In this document: positions 13,645 through 25,039 of the stretch, one piece after another
How positions within the stretch are numbered: the first letter of the stretch is position 1
Layout of the letters: every line of letters begins with the position of its first letter
NCBI RefSeq assembly: GCF_023055435.1
Contig: NW_025963813.1
Span: forward strand, 38,502,001 to 38,566,000
Direction: 5' to 3'
Source: Haliotis rufescens
Lineage: Eukaryota
Length of the DNA stretch: 64,000 nucleotides
Notes under the pieces: generated by a model
Told to the model about the DNA's origin: nothing
The model's database searches: none
The model's input: only the letters and a program-made list of their open reading frames with translations
Made by a program: the position numbers and the translations under genes

Positions 13645-15200
13645 TTCAGAGTGTAAGGGAGAGAGTGACCAGGGTGTAGTGGAGGCAGTGTTCCGGGTGA
13701 AGATGAGAGAGTGACCAGGGTATAGTTGAGGCATTGTTCAGGGTGTTGGTGAAAGAAGGATTAGGGTGTAGTGGAGGCAGTGTTGAGAGTGTAGGTGAGA
13801 GAGTGACCAGGGTGTAGTTGAGGCATTCTTCAGGGTGTATGTGGATAGAGTGACAAGGGTGTAGTGGAGGCAGTTTTCAGGGTATTGGTGAGAGAGTGAT
13901 TAGGGTGTATTTGAGGCAGTGTTGAGGGTGTAGATAAGAGAGTGACCAGGGTGTAGTTGAGGCAGGGTATAGTGGAGCCAGTGTTCAGGGTGTAGGGGAG
14001 AGAGACTCCTGAGTGTAGTGGAGGCAGTGTTCGGAGAGTAGGTGAGAGAGTGGCCAGGGTGTAGTGGAGACAGTGTGCAGGGTTTTGGGAAGAGAGAGTC
14101 CAGAGTATAGTGGAGCCAGTGTTCAGAGTGGAGATGAGAGAGTGACCAAGGTGTAGTGGAGGCAGTGTTCAGGGTGTAGGTGAGAGAGTGACCAGGGTGT
14201 AGTGGAGGCAATGTTCAGGGTGTAGGTGAGAGAGTGATGAGGGTGTAGTGGAGGCAGTGTTGAGGGTGTAGGAAAGATTTACCAGGGTGTAGTGGAGGCA
14301 GTGTTGAGGGTGTAGGAAAGATTTACCAGGGTGTAGTGGAGGCAGTCTTCAGAGCTTAGGGGAGAGATTTACCAGGGTATAGTGGAGCCAGGTCACAGGG
14401 TGTAGGTGAGAGAGTGACCAGGGTGTAGTGGAGGCAGTGTTCAGGGTGTAGGTGAGAGAGTGACCAGGGTGTAGTGGAGGCAGTGTTGAGGGTGTAGGAA
14501 AGATTTACCAGGGTGTAGTGGAGGCAGTCTTCAGAGCTTAGGGGAGAGATTTACCAGGGTATAGTGGAGCCAGGTCACAGGGTGTAGGTGAGAGAGTGAC
14601 CAGGGTGTAGTGGAGGCAGTGTTCATGGTGTAGGTGAGAGAGTGACCAGGGTGTAGTGGAGGCAGTGTTCAGGGTGTAGGTGAGAGAGTGACCAGGGTGT
14701 AGTGGAGGCAGTGATCAGGGTTTTTGGAAGAGAGATCTCACGGTATAGTAGTGTCAGTTCACAGGGTTTAGGTGAGAGAGTGACCAAGGTGTAGTGGAGC
14801 CAGTGTTGAGGGTGTAGGAAAGATTTACCAGGGTGTAGTGGAGGCAGTGTTCAGGGTGTAGGAAAGATTTACTAGGGTGTAGTGGAGGCAGTCTTCAGAG
14901 CTTAGGGGAGAGATTTACCAGGGTGTAGTGGATGCGATATTCATAGTGTTTGGGAAAGAATGCCCAGGTTGTAGTGGCGGCTGTATTCAGGGTGGGTGTT
15001 GAGGAGAGTGCGTCCAGGATGTCGTGACGGATGTTTTCATGGTGTTGGGGAGAGATTAACCAGGGTGTAGTAGAGGCAGTATTCAGGGTGGTTGTAGGGG
15101 AGAGAGCGTCCATTATGTAGTGACGGATGTTTTCAGGGTGTTAGAGAGAGATGTAGTGTACCAAGGTGTAATGGAGGCAGTGTCGGGGTGTAAGTGGGTA
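13645..15200. repeat. G-rich 46-bp minisatellite (copy A, heterogeneous)
   Basis: Unit gtaggtgagagagtgaccagggtgtagtggaggcagtgttcagggt. Confidence 0.92.
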
Positions 15201-16626
15201 AGAGGTATGTTTACGACGCACCGTGTCAACACATTAAAACTGAACTATAAAACGAACGTGTTCCAAGTCTACAGCTTGGGTCATACTGTTATGACGACAT
15301 GCATGTATATCTGTATCTGCATGTATAGGGTGTATATATCCATATCTATTTTTCAGACATAAATCTATAGGCAGTATCTTTATCAAAATCTCAAGAATTG
15401 CACGAGGGGGAATTAATCACTACAATATGCATAGTAATGAAGGAAGTATTCTCCGTCCTTATCTTGAGTCCTGCCTTCTCCGTCCCTTCACATCGATTTT
15501 CAGCTCTCGTCTACGACCTGACCTAGATCAATTCGTGCCGTGATCCTTCCGGGTTTGTAGTCCGGGACAAGACATAGCTATAGGTTGTTCCATAGGATTA
15601 TATACATTAATATCCCGATTTGAAATGTGGTTACTAATACACATTTGAACCTGCGCATCTCATAAGCAGCGTAATCAACATAAACCTTGTTTCGGTATCG
15701 TCAGGGCTTCATTTTCGTGAAATAAACAACATTCAGCATTGAAAAGCATACTAAAGACAAGTACATCTATACATACGCCGTTCTCTCAAATTAATTAGAA
15801 TTGCTAGCTACTTTAGATTTACTTACAGTCAATGAAGTCACTGATAGATTGCCTCGGAACAGGCCAACTGTACGAGTGTGGACAAACCCAGCTTATCTAT
15901 GACTATAAGAGAACGGGGCTCCTCACAGAGAAGATATGTCTATGCTGTGCATGTGAGTTTTGTAATGCGTAACAATGCAATATGGATTTTGTGTTGATTT
16001 ATATTACAACAGCGCGGTGACTCATAACTACCGCTTGGTGTTAAGCTCTGAAGAGTTACTTGCCTTGACTGGGAAGACAATCTGTAAGGATCGTCGGGGC
16101 AACTTTCTTCGTATAATACACACGTGGTCGACCAAAGCGGTTACGTTGGGGTGGGTTGGGGTTGGGTTGGGGTGGGGTGGGTAGGGTGTTGGAGGGGTGG
16201 AGTTGGGGTCCACACGCCATCATATTCGATCATCTGTTTTGCTGCAAAATGATTAATTCCTCAAGATTCAACTCTATTGGCGAAGCTTTTGATCTTTCTC
16301 TCTCTCTATATATATATATTATCCGGAATTACTTCTATTTTATAATTTGTTTGTTTGTTTGTTGTTTAAAGTCGCACTCAGCATTATTCTAGCTATATGA
16401 CGACGGTCTGTAAACCTTGTAATGTGTTTTGTCTAATTACTTAGCTTCCCTGTTGAACCTGCACTATCAAAATGTTGGTATTAAGGAATGTTGACGTTTC
16501 ACTGTGCAAATGGAAACCACAGCTGTAGATAAGATGATAGTCTCAAATGAAATGCTCAGATAAGTATTCAGCCATGATTGTTATCTGTTTGAGACAGTAA
16601 AGAACTGGTTGTGGACGACTTTGTAC

Positions 16627-19600
16627 ATGGCTTTGCTAGGCCGTCTGCTATTTTTGACCGTGGCTTTATTCCCTGATTCTCGGGGATTAAATGTCAATAT
16701 CTACATCGACACCAGCGTTGTCCTCAACAGAGTTCAGGACAACTTTGTTGGCGTCACCCTCGACTCCGGCATTATTCAAACTGGTTTGGAAAAGAGTGGT
16801 CTCAACTTGTCGTGAGTTTTCTTTTTTTTCTCAAGTTGGCTGAATATGCGTCCTTAGTGGTCCACTTTCGCCTTGCAGAATTGTGTGTTCGATGTTTTTA
16901 TTATCATTGACATGGCACAATGAAGGTCACAAAAACACCTGAGCTCATTCTATCATGGATGGGTGCTTACTCTCTGCATCAAACTGGAGTTTCTCGAAAT
17001 ATTAACCTGAGAAGCTGTAGTACTCGTATCAGCGNNNNNNNNNNNNNNNNNNNNNNNNNNNNNNNNNNNNNNNNNNNNNNNNNNNNNNNNNNNNNNNNNN
17101 NNNNNNNNNNNNNNNNNNNNNNNNNNNNNNNNNNNNNNNNNNNNNNNNNNNNNNNNNNNNNNNNNNNNNNNNNNNNNNNNNNNNNNNNNNNNNNNNNNNN
17201 NNNNNNNNNNNNNNNNNNNNNNNNNNNNNNNNNNNNNNNNNNNNNNNNNNNNNNNNNNNNNNNNNNNNNNNNNNNNNNNNNNNNNNNNNNNNNNNGCCAA
17301 TTGTTTGTGCAATTCAAGGTATGTTAATGACATTTCAACTAAAGTTCGAATGGCTTTCTCACATATCATTTTCACCTCTAATCGAGTCGTTTCTTAATCC
17401 ATGCTATTTTCAATAAGATCACCCAAATTGCTTAATCTGGCTGGGGGCTTCCAACCGAACATCCTTAGAATCGGCGGAACTGCCGAAGATGGCATTTCCT
17501 TTGACCCGAATAACGTCACAGAAAACAACCAGGGGGATCTTTCAGGTATATATTTCTCCTTCTTATTTATCTTTGAGATCAGGTTAACATATTCGAAACA
17601 AAATATTTCAGTTGTTTGTTTATTTGTTTGCACTCAACAGCATTCCAGCTATATGACGTCAGTCTGTAAATAATCGAGTGTGGACCAGGCAATCCAGTGA
17701 GTAAGATCATAAACATCGACCTTTGCAAATGCGATACGATGACATGCAATCAACCAAGTCAGTTAGGCCGAAACCTGATCCATTTGTCACCTCTTACAAG
17801 TAGTGGTTGTTGGGGACTTACATTATTCTTACCTGGGCCCATCAACCCGCAACCAAACTGGAAGAACACCTCTAACGCATCAAGGAAGATTATTTCCAAT
17901 TTTTGTACTGAATTCCAAGCTCCATAAAAATCCGTACAAAGTTATTGCTGGGTCCAGCAAATGTACTATCATCCAGAAAAAAAGCAAGAAATTAATTTCT
18001 TTAAATTCATAGAAAGTATTGGAGATAAATGGATTAAATATCATGATGATTCTCAAAATTGCAAATGGTTCGCTTATTTTGTTTCTAATCTCAGAAAAGA
18101 CCCAATGTCATTTATGTCCAAATGTTGTTTTTTTATTTTTGTTCACCACGGATCCACATGGCAATCTTAATGAAAAACTTCATACTTTGATCCAAACGTG
18201 ATGGCCATTCATATAGTTACATTTCTCTTCAAGGTTTATCGAGAAAACAATGTGTGATATGATGGAGTCTGGACCAGACAATCCAGTGACTGACATCACG
18301 AGGAAAAGATCTACGCTTTTGAGATCCGATGACATGCATCAACCAAGTCAGCGAGCCAGTTGCTCTCTTATGAACATATGTATATGTTTTTCCAGCTTCT
18401 GTTTGGGATGAAATCAACGCTTTCACATCCCTTGTTGGATGGGATCTGATATTTGGCCTAAATGTCCTTGAAAGACGAGATGGGCAGTGGGACCCTACCA
18501 ACGCTGAGCTATTCCTAAATTACACATCCAAGAAAGGATATCAATTATATGGCCTAGAACTTGGCAACGGTAGGTGGGGCATAAGAGTGGTAAGGTTCAC
18601 GAGTAAGTGAGTTGGGTTTAACGCCGTTTTAAACATTATTCCAGTTATATCACGGCGTGTTAGCTTAATATGGGAGGAAACACTGAAGTGATGCAGGTCT
18701 CAGACCTTTACCAGTTCAGTGAAACCCACGAGCACGGGTATGGTGCTGACAAACCCAGAAACATAATCAGGGCGAACCTTGATTCGAACCCACAATCATA
18801 GGTTTCTGGCGTGCCCAAGGGACGCAACTCTGCACAGCGAATCGTGGCGCCTCAGACGACTGGGCCACCCGTGCCCCCCGGTAAGGTTCAGGACGAAGAG
18901 AAGCACAAACCATACTGTAAATCTTACCGGAGAATGTCATGTAAACAACATACATGTGTGGACCCTCTGCATGCCAATAAATGGTTAGGGGATTGATTGT
19001 GATTAACGTGGTTTGAAATCCGTTCATGGTGTCACCTTCCATAAGATGACAGGAATAGTGCTGACGGACGCATGAAACCATCCCCACTCACTGGTTCATT
19101 CAGGACTATGAAATAGGATCTCAAAATCCTGCTCTCTAAATATGTTTCATATTTCTATTTATTTCTTGCAGTCTATTTGAAATTTAACAGTCATATTCAT
19201 GTTTCGTGGCTTTTCTGCGAGTTTGATGTGGGTATTGTGTAAGTTTTTATTCAAATGAGTTTGATATTGGATCTGTGGTATCTTAGACTAGTCACTTTCC
19301 TAGAGCCTCGGATGTTCCCCAAAAACTTTAACCAGTCAGTGTCGGCCCGGCAACTTGGAAAGGATTTTGGAACACTAGAGAAGGTGCTCAGAGATCGGCC
19401 ACACTTCAACAACACTCGAATTCTAGGGCCAGATGTTGCGGGCATTTTATCAAACGCTACCATCTCATATGTGGAAGAGTGAGTTTGTTTTCAAAGATTC
19501 AGTGTAAAATATCTTTGTGTGGATGGACGTTAATTTAACATGGTGCATTTAAACAGCAAGCACACACCACTGCCCCATGCAATGATAATGTCTATTGGAA

Positions 19601-22600
19601 GGAGAGCGGGGGTGGCTGTTTCGGTCCACTGATCGCGGCACACCAAATTGACGGTAAGAAGATAGTACTTGTTGTTACCCTGCCTGGTGATAGGCATTAA
19701 GGGGATCGAACAAGAACTGGCCTGATGGAAGAGTAATATTTCACCCGACCACATCTTATTCGAAATATGCAATACCACATGACCGTTTTGTGTATTGAAA
19801 GATTATAATCATTTTTAAAGGGATAGGAAAACTAAAATCTAACTATGTTGAGTGTATATGTTTTAGTATTTCTATAATTAACAATCATAATCCATATATA
19901 TTTATAATAGCAGTATTGGTTCCTTGAAGGAATATGGATCTTACAAATAACAATGACAATTGTATCTGTCGTCAACTTTCTCATTGAAAAATGGAGTGAG
20001 TGAGTGAGTGTTGTTTTACGCCGCTTTTAGCAATATTCCAGCAATATTACAGCGGGGAACACCAGAAATGGGTTTCACACATTGTACCCATGTCGGGAAT
20101 GGAACCCGGGTTTTCGGCGTGACGAGCGAACGCTTTAACCACTAGGCTACCCGACCGCCCCTTGATATATGGAAACGAATGCTCCTTATACATTGCTTTT
20201 TGGTATTTTTGTAAATATCTCACATCTGTTGTTTTTTTAATTTCGCATTTAAGGTTTTTAGCTGCAGGCGGAGCCAGTGCACTGGATGGCGTAACATTCC
20301 ACCAGTGAGTATGAATAAAGTCGATGTTGTCATCAGCTCATTAAATGTTTGTTTGATGTATCCAAACCCCTTTTGCAGTCAGCCGTAACTGCCTACGAGA
20401 TGCGTGTTGGGATTGGTAAAAGAAAACGTTGTATGTCATGCAAAATATGAAATACATTACGATATTGAAGGACAAAACACTCAGGTTATTTGCCACTAAT
20501 GAATGTATACATACACAAGTCTATGGCACATGTTTCTTGTATATGTACAATTGACTCCTTAAAAGGAAACATACACTTGTACGTGACCCATGTTCCTTGT
20601 ATTTGTCTGTATAAACGACTCTTTAAAAGGAAACATACTCGTGTACGTGACACATGTTCCTTGTATTTGTCTGTATAAACGACTCCTTAAAAGGAAACAT
20701 ACTCGTGTACGTGACACATGTTCCTTGTTTTTGTCTGTATAAACGACTCCTTAAAAGGACACATACTCGTGTACGTGACACATGTTCCTTGTATTTGTCT
20801 GTATAAACGACTCTTTAAAAGGAAACATACTCGTGTACGTGACACATGTTCCTTGTATTTGTCTGTATGAACGACTCCTTAAAAGGAAACATACTCGTGT
20901 ACGTGACACATGTTCCTTGTATTTGTCTGTATAAACGACTCTTTAAAAGGAAACATTCTCGTGTACGTGACACATGTTCCTTGTATTTGTCTGTATAAAC
21001 GACTCCTTAAAAGGAAACATACTCGTGTACGTGACACATGTTCCTTGTATTTGTCTGTATAAACGACTCTTTAAAAGGAAACATTCTCGTGTACGTGACA
21101 CATCTCACTTGAATGTGTCTGTATAAACGACTCCTTCGTATGAAAATACCTACTTTATGCGAATATATTTTTTGAGGTGTATTGTACTGAAAGAAAACAA
21201 GGGTGTCGTCTGTTATTAAATGTCATGGTCATTGTGTAACAACTTACTAAATCATGGGGGCACGGGTGGCCCAGTCGTCTAAGGCACCGCGATTCGCTGT
21301 GCAGAGTTGCGTCCCTTGGGCACGCCAGAAACCTATGATCGTGGTTTCGAATCCCGGTTCGCCCCCATTATGTTTCTAGGTTTGTCTGCACCATACCCGT
21401 GCTCGTGGGTTTCACCGAAGTTGTAAAAGTCTGAGACCTGCATCACTTCGGGCTTTCCTCCCACATTAAGCTGACACGCCGTGATACAACTGGAATACTG
21501 TTAAAAGCGGCGTTTAGCCCAACTCACTCACTCACCCACTACTAAATCATGATTGTAGTTTAAAGTCGATGAATGTAATATATACTCCCCCTTACGGTAG
21601 TACAAACGAGTGATTTATTCACAGTAAGTAAAGTAAACACCCTGCTTCCTTCTGCTTGTTTGAGTTTTATACTTTCAGTGATACAAGCACACTGACTTTT
21701 TATTATCTCAAGGTATTTCGGAAATGGGGACAATGCAACCAAAGAGATGTTTACAGACCCAACCTTCATGGATACACTGAATGCTTCCTTTGCGTCTGCA
21801 CACAAGGCTACAGGAGCGTTGGCGTCCAACAAACCTCTTCTCCTGGGCGAAACAGGTTCCTTTTACCATGGCGGAGTGCTGAACATGACGGACACCTTTC
21901 TGGGGGGATTTTTGTGGGTATTTCAGACAATAGTCACGAACAGCTTCACAGTTGGGTCACCCGTGAAGATCCGGGGTAGAATAGGTCTGCAGCAACCCAT
22001 GCTTGCCGTAAAAGGCGACTAACGGGATCGGGTGGTCAGACTCGCTGACTTGGATGATCAGTGGATTGTCTGGTCCAGACTCGATTATTTACAGACCGCC
22101 GTCATATAGCTGGAATATTGCTGAGTGAGGCGTTTAACAACAACCCAACCAACCATCCAACAAACCAACCAACCAACCAACCAATCAACCAACAACAGTT
22201 TGGTACTGTTTGACCCTGTCCATCATTATCGAAACGTATAGAAGGATATGCATTTTCATTTGCTGTGACATCTAGCCATGCTTCACGTACAGAATATCTG
22301 TACCTTCTTGCTGAAAACGATTCCACTCCATGAGTCTCCAGCGCATATCATGAAGGTGATTGAGATCTATGTGTTAATGTTCACCTATAGATGGATGGAC
22401 AAGCTCGGCATGGCCGCCCAATCAGGCATTCAGAATGTGTTCAGGCAGGACTTGTATGGACTTGGATCAGCCAATCGCCTGTTGGAGTCATTCACATACG
22501 ACCCCCTACCGGTGTGTATACATTACATGTGCTTCAATTACGACGGGCTTTTTCTAGAGGTAGGAACTTTGGGTTATTCACACACACACACAAACACGCA

Positions 22601-22601
22601 C

Positions 22602-22649
<48 letters not shown>

Positions 22650-24933
22650 ATGCTAGTCGGGATTTGTGGGATAGCCTAATGGTTAAAGCGTTCGCTTGTC
22701 ACGCCGTGCTCTGGTTCGACTCCCTACGTGGGGACGTTTGTGTCAATCCCATTGCTGGTGTCCACTGCCGTGACATTTCTGGATTATTGCTTAAAGCTGC
22801 GTAAAAAATCTTACTCACGTACTCACTGGTGTGTTTGACTTCGACATGAATTCACCTGACATGAAATACATTTCAAAGCTGTGTTACTCACAACACACAG
22901 CATCTTATCGCATCTCAGTTGCGTGGCTCCATGCTCTTGATGCTAATCACCGGATTGTCAGGGGTAAACTCGATTAGTCAACAAGCAAAAAATTATCATT
23001 GTATAACACCTAATTTCTGTTTTGGTAGGACTACTGGTTAACCTTTCTCTTCAAGAAGCTTGTGGGCAACGCCGTGTTCAAGCCTAGAGTCGTGGGCCCG
23101 CCCACCGTAAGAGCGTACTGCCACTGCATGAGGTCCATAAAGTAATTATGATGAATCTTTTTGTTATCACAAGTATTCAGCACAGGAATACCGAACATCA
23201 TTTGGGAAGGTTCTTGTTTGAAATCCAAAACATTGCTAGTATTTAAATTAATGAATATCATCTGGTTACATTACCAATGATTGTACTATTGGATGTTAGA
23301 AGCAGTGACAGGGCACAGTGAAGGCAACAACTACAGGAGAAAATAAGTCCACGTGTTCATCTCAGGTTTGTTTGAGTGTCAACGATTGAAAATCAGTAGA
23401 ACATAAAGTCTCGTGGGAGAAGACAAGCAATAATAGAACAATGATAAAATGTTGTTTTACCTTTTAGTCCATATTACTATCCACGTGGGAGAAAGACAAG
23501 CAATAATAGAACAATGATAAAATGTTGTTTTACCTTTCAGTCCATATTACTATTCACGTGGGAGAAAGACAAGCAATAATAGAACAATAATATAATGTTG
23601 TTTTACCTTTCAGTCCATATTACTATCCACGTGGGAGAAATACAAGCAATAACAGAACAATAGTATAATGTTGTTTTACCTTTCAGTCCATATTACTATC
23701 CACGTGGGAGAAAGACAAGCAATAATAGAACAATAATAAAATGTTGTGTTACATTTCAGTCCATATTACTATCCACGTGGGAGAAAGACAAGCAATAATA
23801 GAACAATAATATAATGTTGTGTTACATTTCAGTCCATAAATAATAAAATGTTGTGTTACATTTCAGTCCATATTACTATCCACGTGGGAGTCTGACTGTG
23901 TTTGCCATGAACCTGGACACTGTTGCAGTGAACTTGACTTTCCCAGAATACAAAGGCGGATACATGGACTACTTCCTGTTGTCACCAGAAGGAGGTGATG
24001 TTCAGTCGAGGTATGACATCCTCGCCAAATAATTTGTTTTATATGCTGGCATCCGTATTCGTTTAATGTACAAGAGCAGCTAATTTTCTGAGGGGATGAA
24101 GATAAAGACAAACACATAGTGAAATACAGCTTTGTTCCTGGTTTCGGCAGTTTTCACTTATTTTAACTATTGGTTTGTTCTTAGGTCATGAGGGGCGGTC
24201 GGGTAGCCTAGTGGTTAAAGCGTTCGCTCGTCACGCCGAAGACCCGGGTTCGATTCCCGACATTGGTACAATGTGTGAAGCCCATTTCTGGTGTTCCCCG
24301 CCGTGATATTGCTGGGATATTGCTAAAAGCGGCGTAAAACCATACTCACTCACTCACTCACTCTTTGGTCATGCTAGACGTACACACATACAACTGGAAG
24401 GGGAAAAGGCTCTGATAAATTCATATTAACATTTTAGTATTTTCGTATATCCAGGGTTCGCCATTCCCAGTGGGTGAAAATGATCCTTAACGTACCTCCC
24501 TATTTATCACTGGATTGTCTTGTCCAGACTCGATTATTTACAGACCGCCGTCATATAGCTGGAATATTGCTAAGTGCGGCGTTAAACAACAAACCAACCA
24601 GCCCACCTAAACATAGCCCATTAAGTAATTTCTCAGAAATATACAGACCTTGTGTTACACGTGGAATGGCATTACTAAAGAGAACCCACATCATGTAATG
24701 ACACAAAATCTCTCTATCCCCGAGAACATGTACTGAACGGCTACTGAGACATATCTTTTGTCTCTTGCAGAACTGTGATCCTCAACGGCCACCAGCCTAT
24801 CCATCTGGTTGAAAACGAGATACCCTTTCTGGTTCCTGGTGGTGTCAGCGCAAACACCATCACCCTTCCCTCGCTCACATACGGATTCTTTGTACTTTAC
24901 GCTGACGCCCGTGTTTGTAAACCTGGCAACTAG
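16627..24933 (+). CDS. HPSE-like: Heparanase-like GH79 glycoside hydrolase, secreted, 484 aa. Exons 16627-16811, 17418-17545, 18396-18569, 19304-19478, 20254-20304, 21713-21913, 22391-22511, 23029-23141, 23867-24010, 24771-24933
   Basis: Signal-peptide-like start; motifs VGVTLDS, LRIGGT, LIFGLN, ELGNEP (acid/base Glu, split by an intron), GPDV, LLGETGS (nucleophile Glu), WMDKLG, PLPDYW, YCHC, LPSLTYGFFV; all introns GT-AG and phase-consistent, total 1455 nt; exon 8 donor could alternatively be at 23132. Confidence 0.92.
17035..17295. other. N run (others at 49187-49356 and 54484-54624)
   Basis: Runs of n; all lie within heparanase introns. Confidence 0.99.
18600..18879 (-). mobile_element. 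tRNA-derived SINE, family 2 (tRNA-Leu-like head; matching copy ~50639-50913)
   Basis: 11-bp TSD ggtaaggttca at 18589-18599 and 18880-18890; reverse complement of 21256-21539. Confidence 0.85.
19995..20161 (-). mobile_element. SINE family 1, full length (matching copy at 52056-52222)
   Basis: Reverse complement of 200-368; imperfect TSD ttgaaaaatgga/ttgatatatgga. Confidence 0.88.
20550..21137. repeat. 64-bp intronic minisatellite, ~9 units (~7 units at 52614-53070)
   Basis: Period 64 (20629, 20693, 20757, 20821). Confidence 0.95.
21256..21539 (+). mobile_element. SINE family 2 (matching copy ~53195-53469)
   Basis: Head gtggcccagtcgtctaaggc, B box ttcgaatccc, (ACTC)n tail, TSD tactaaatcatg. 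Confidence 0.85.
21955..22195 (+). mobile_element. SINE-like interspersed repeat with (CAAC)n tail (matching copy ~53875-54115; fragments at 16350, 17610, 18255, 24505, 28500)
   Basis: Shared block ggattgtctggtccagactcgattatttacagaccgccgtcatatagctggaatattgctgagtg occurs on both strands. Confidence 0.75.
22579..22650. repeat. (CA)n microsatellite
   Basis: Direct reading. Confidence 0.97.
22655..22826 (+). mobile_element. SINE family 1, diverged copy (matching copy ~54765-54929)
   Basis: gatagcctaatggttaaagcgttcgc...ggttcgactcc...aaagctgcgtaaaa...actcac. Confidence 0.75.
23412..23890 (+). repeat. 73-bp minisatellite made of the heparanase intron 8/exon 9 junction (also 55492-55937)
   Basis: Unit = 49 nt of intron end (...ttttacctttcag) + the first 24 nt of exon 9 (tccatattactatccacgtgggag). 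Confidence 0.93.
24192..24361 (+). mobile_element. SINE family 1, specific to copy A
   Basis: TSD tcttaggtcatg/tctttggtcatg; empty site at ~56225-56236 in copy B. Confidence 0.9.
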
Positions 24934-25039
24934 ACAAACAATGTGAAGGGTGGCTTAACGTCACAATACATTGTCCTGATTCCATCCGATATTTATATGT
25001 CATTGACTGATGATTCCTGACAGATTGTTCATTATGTTG

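Noticed and set aside
13900-15113. Pro/Thr/His-rich minus-strand ORFs (also 43775-44311)
   Set aside because: Translations of the 46-bp minisatellite, whose period is not a multiple of 3
16920-17375. ORFs spanning N runs (also 49069-49458, 54340-54696)
   Set aside because: Artefacts of translating N
16627-24933. Heparanase as the amyloid-motif effector partner of the adjacent NLR-like gene
   Set aside because: It has a signal peptide and no RHIM-like segment in the reconstructed protein
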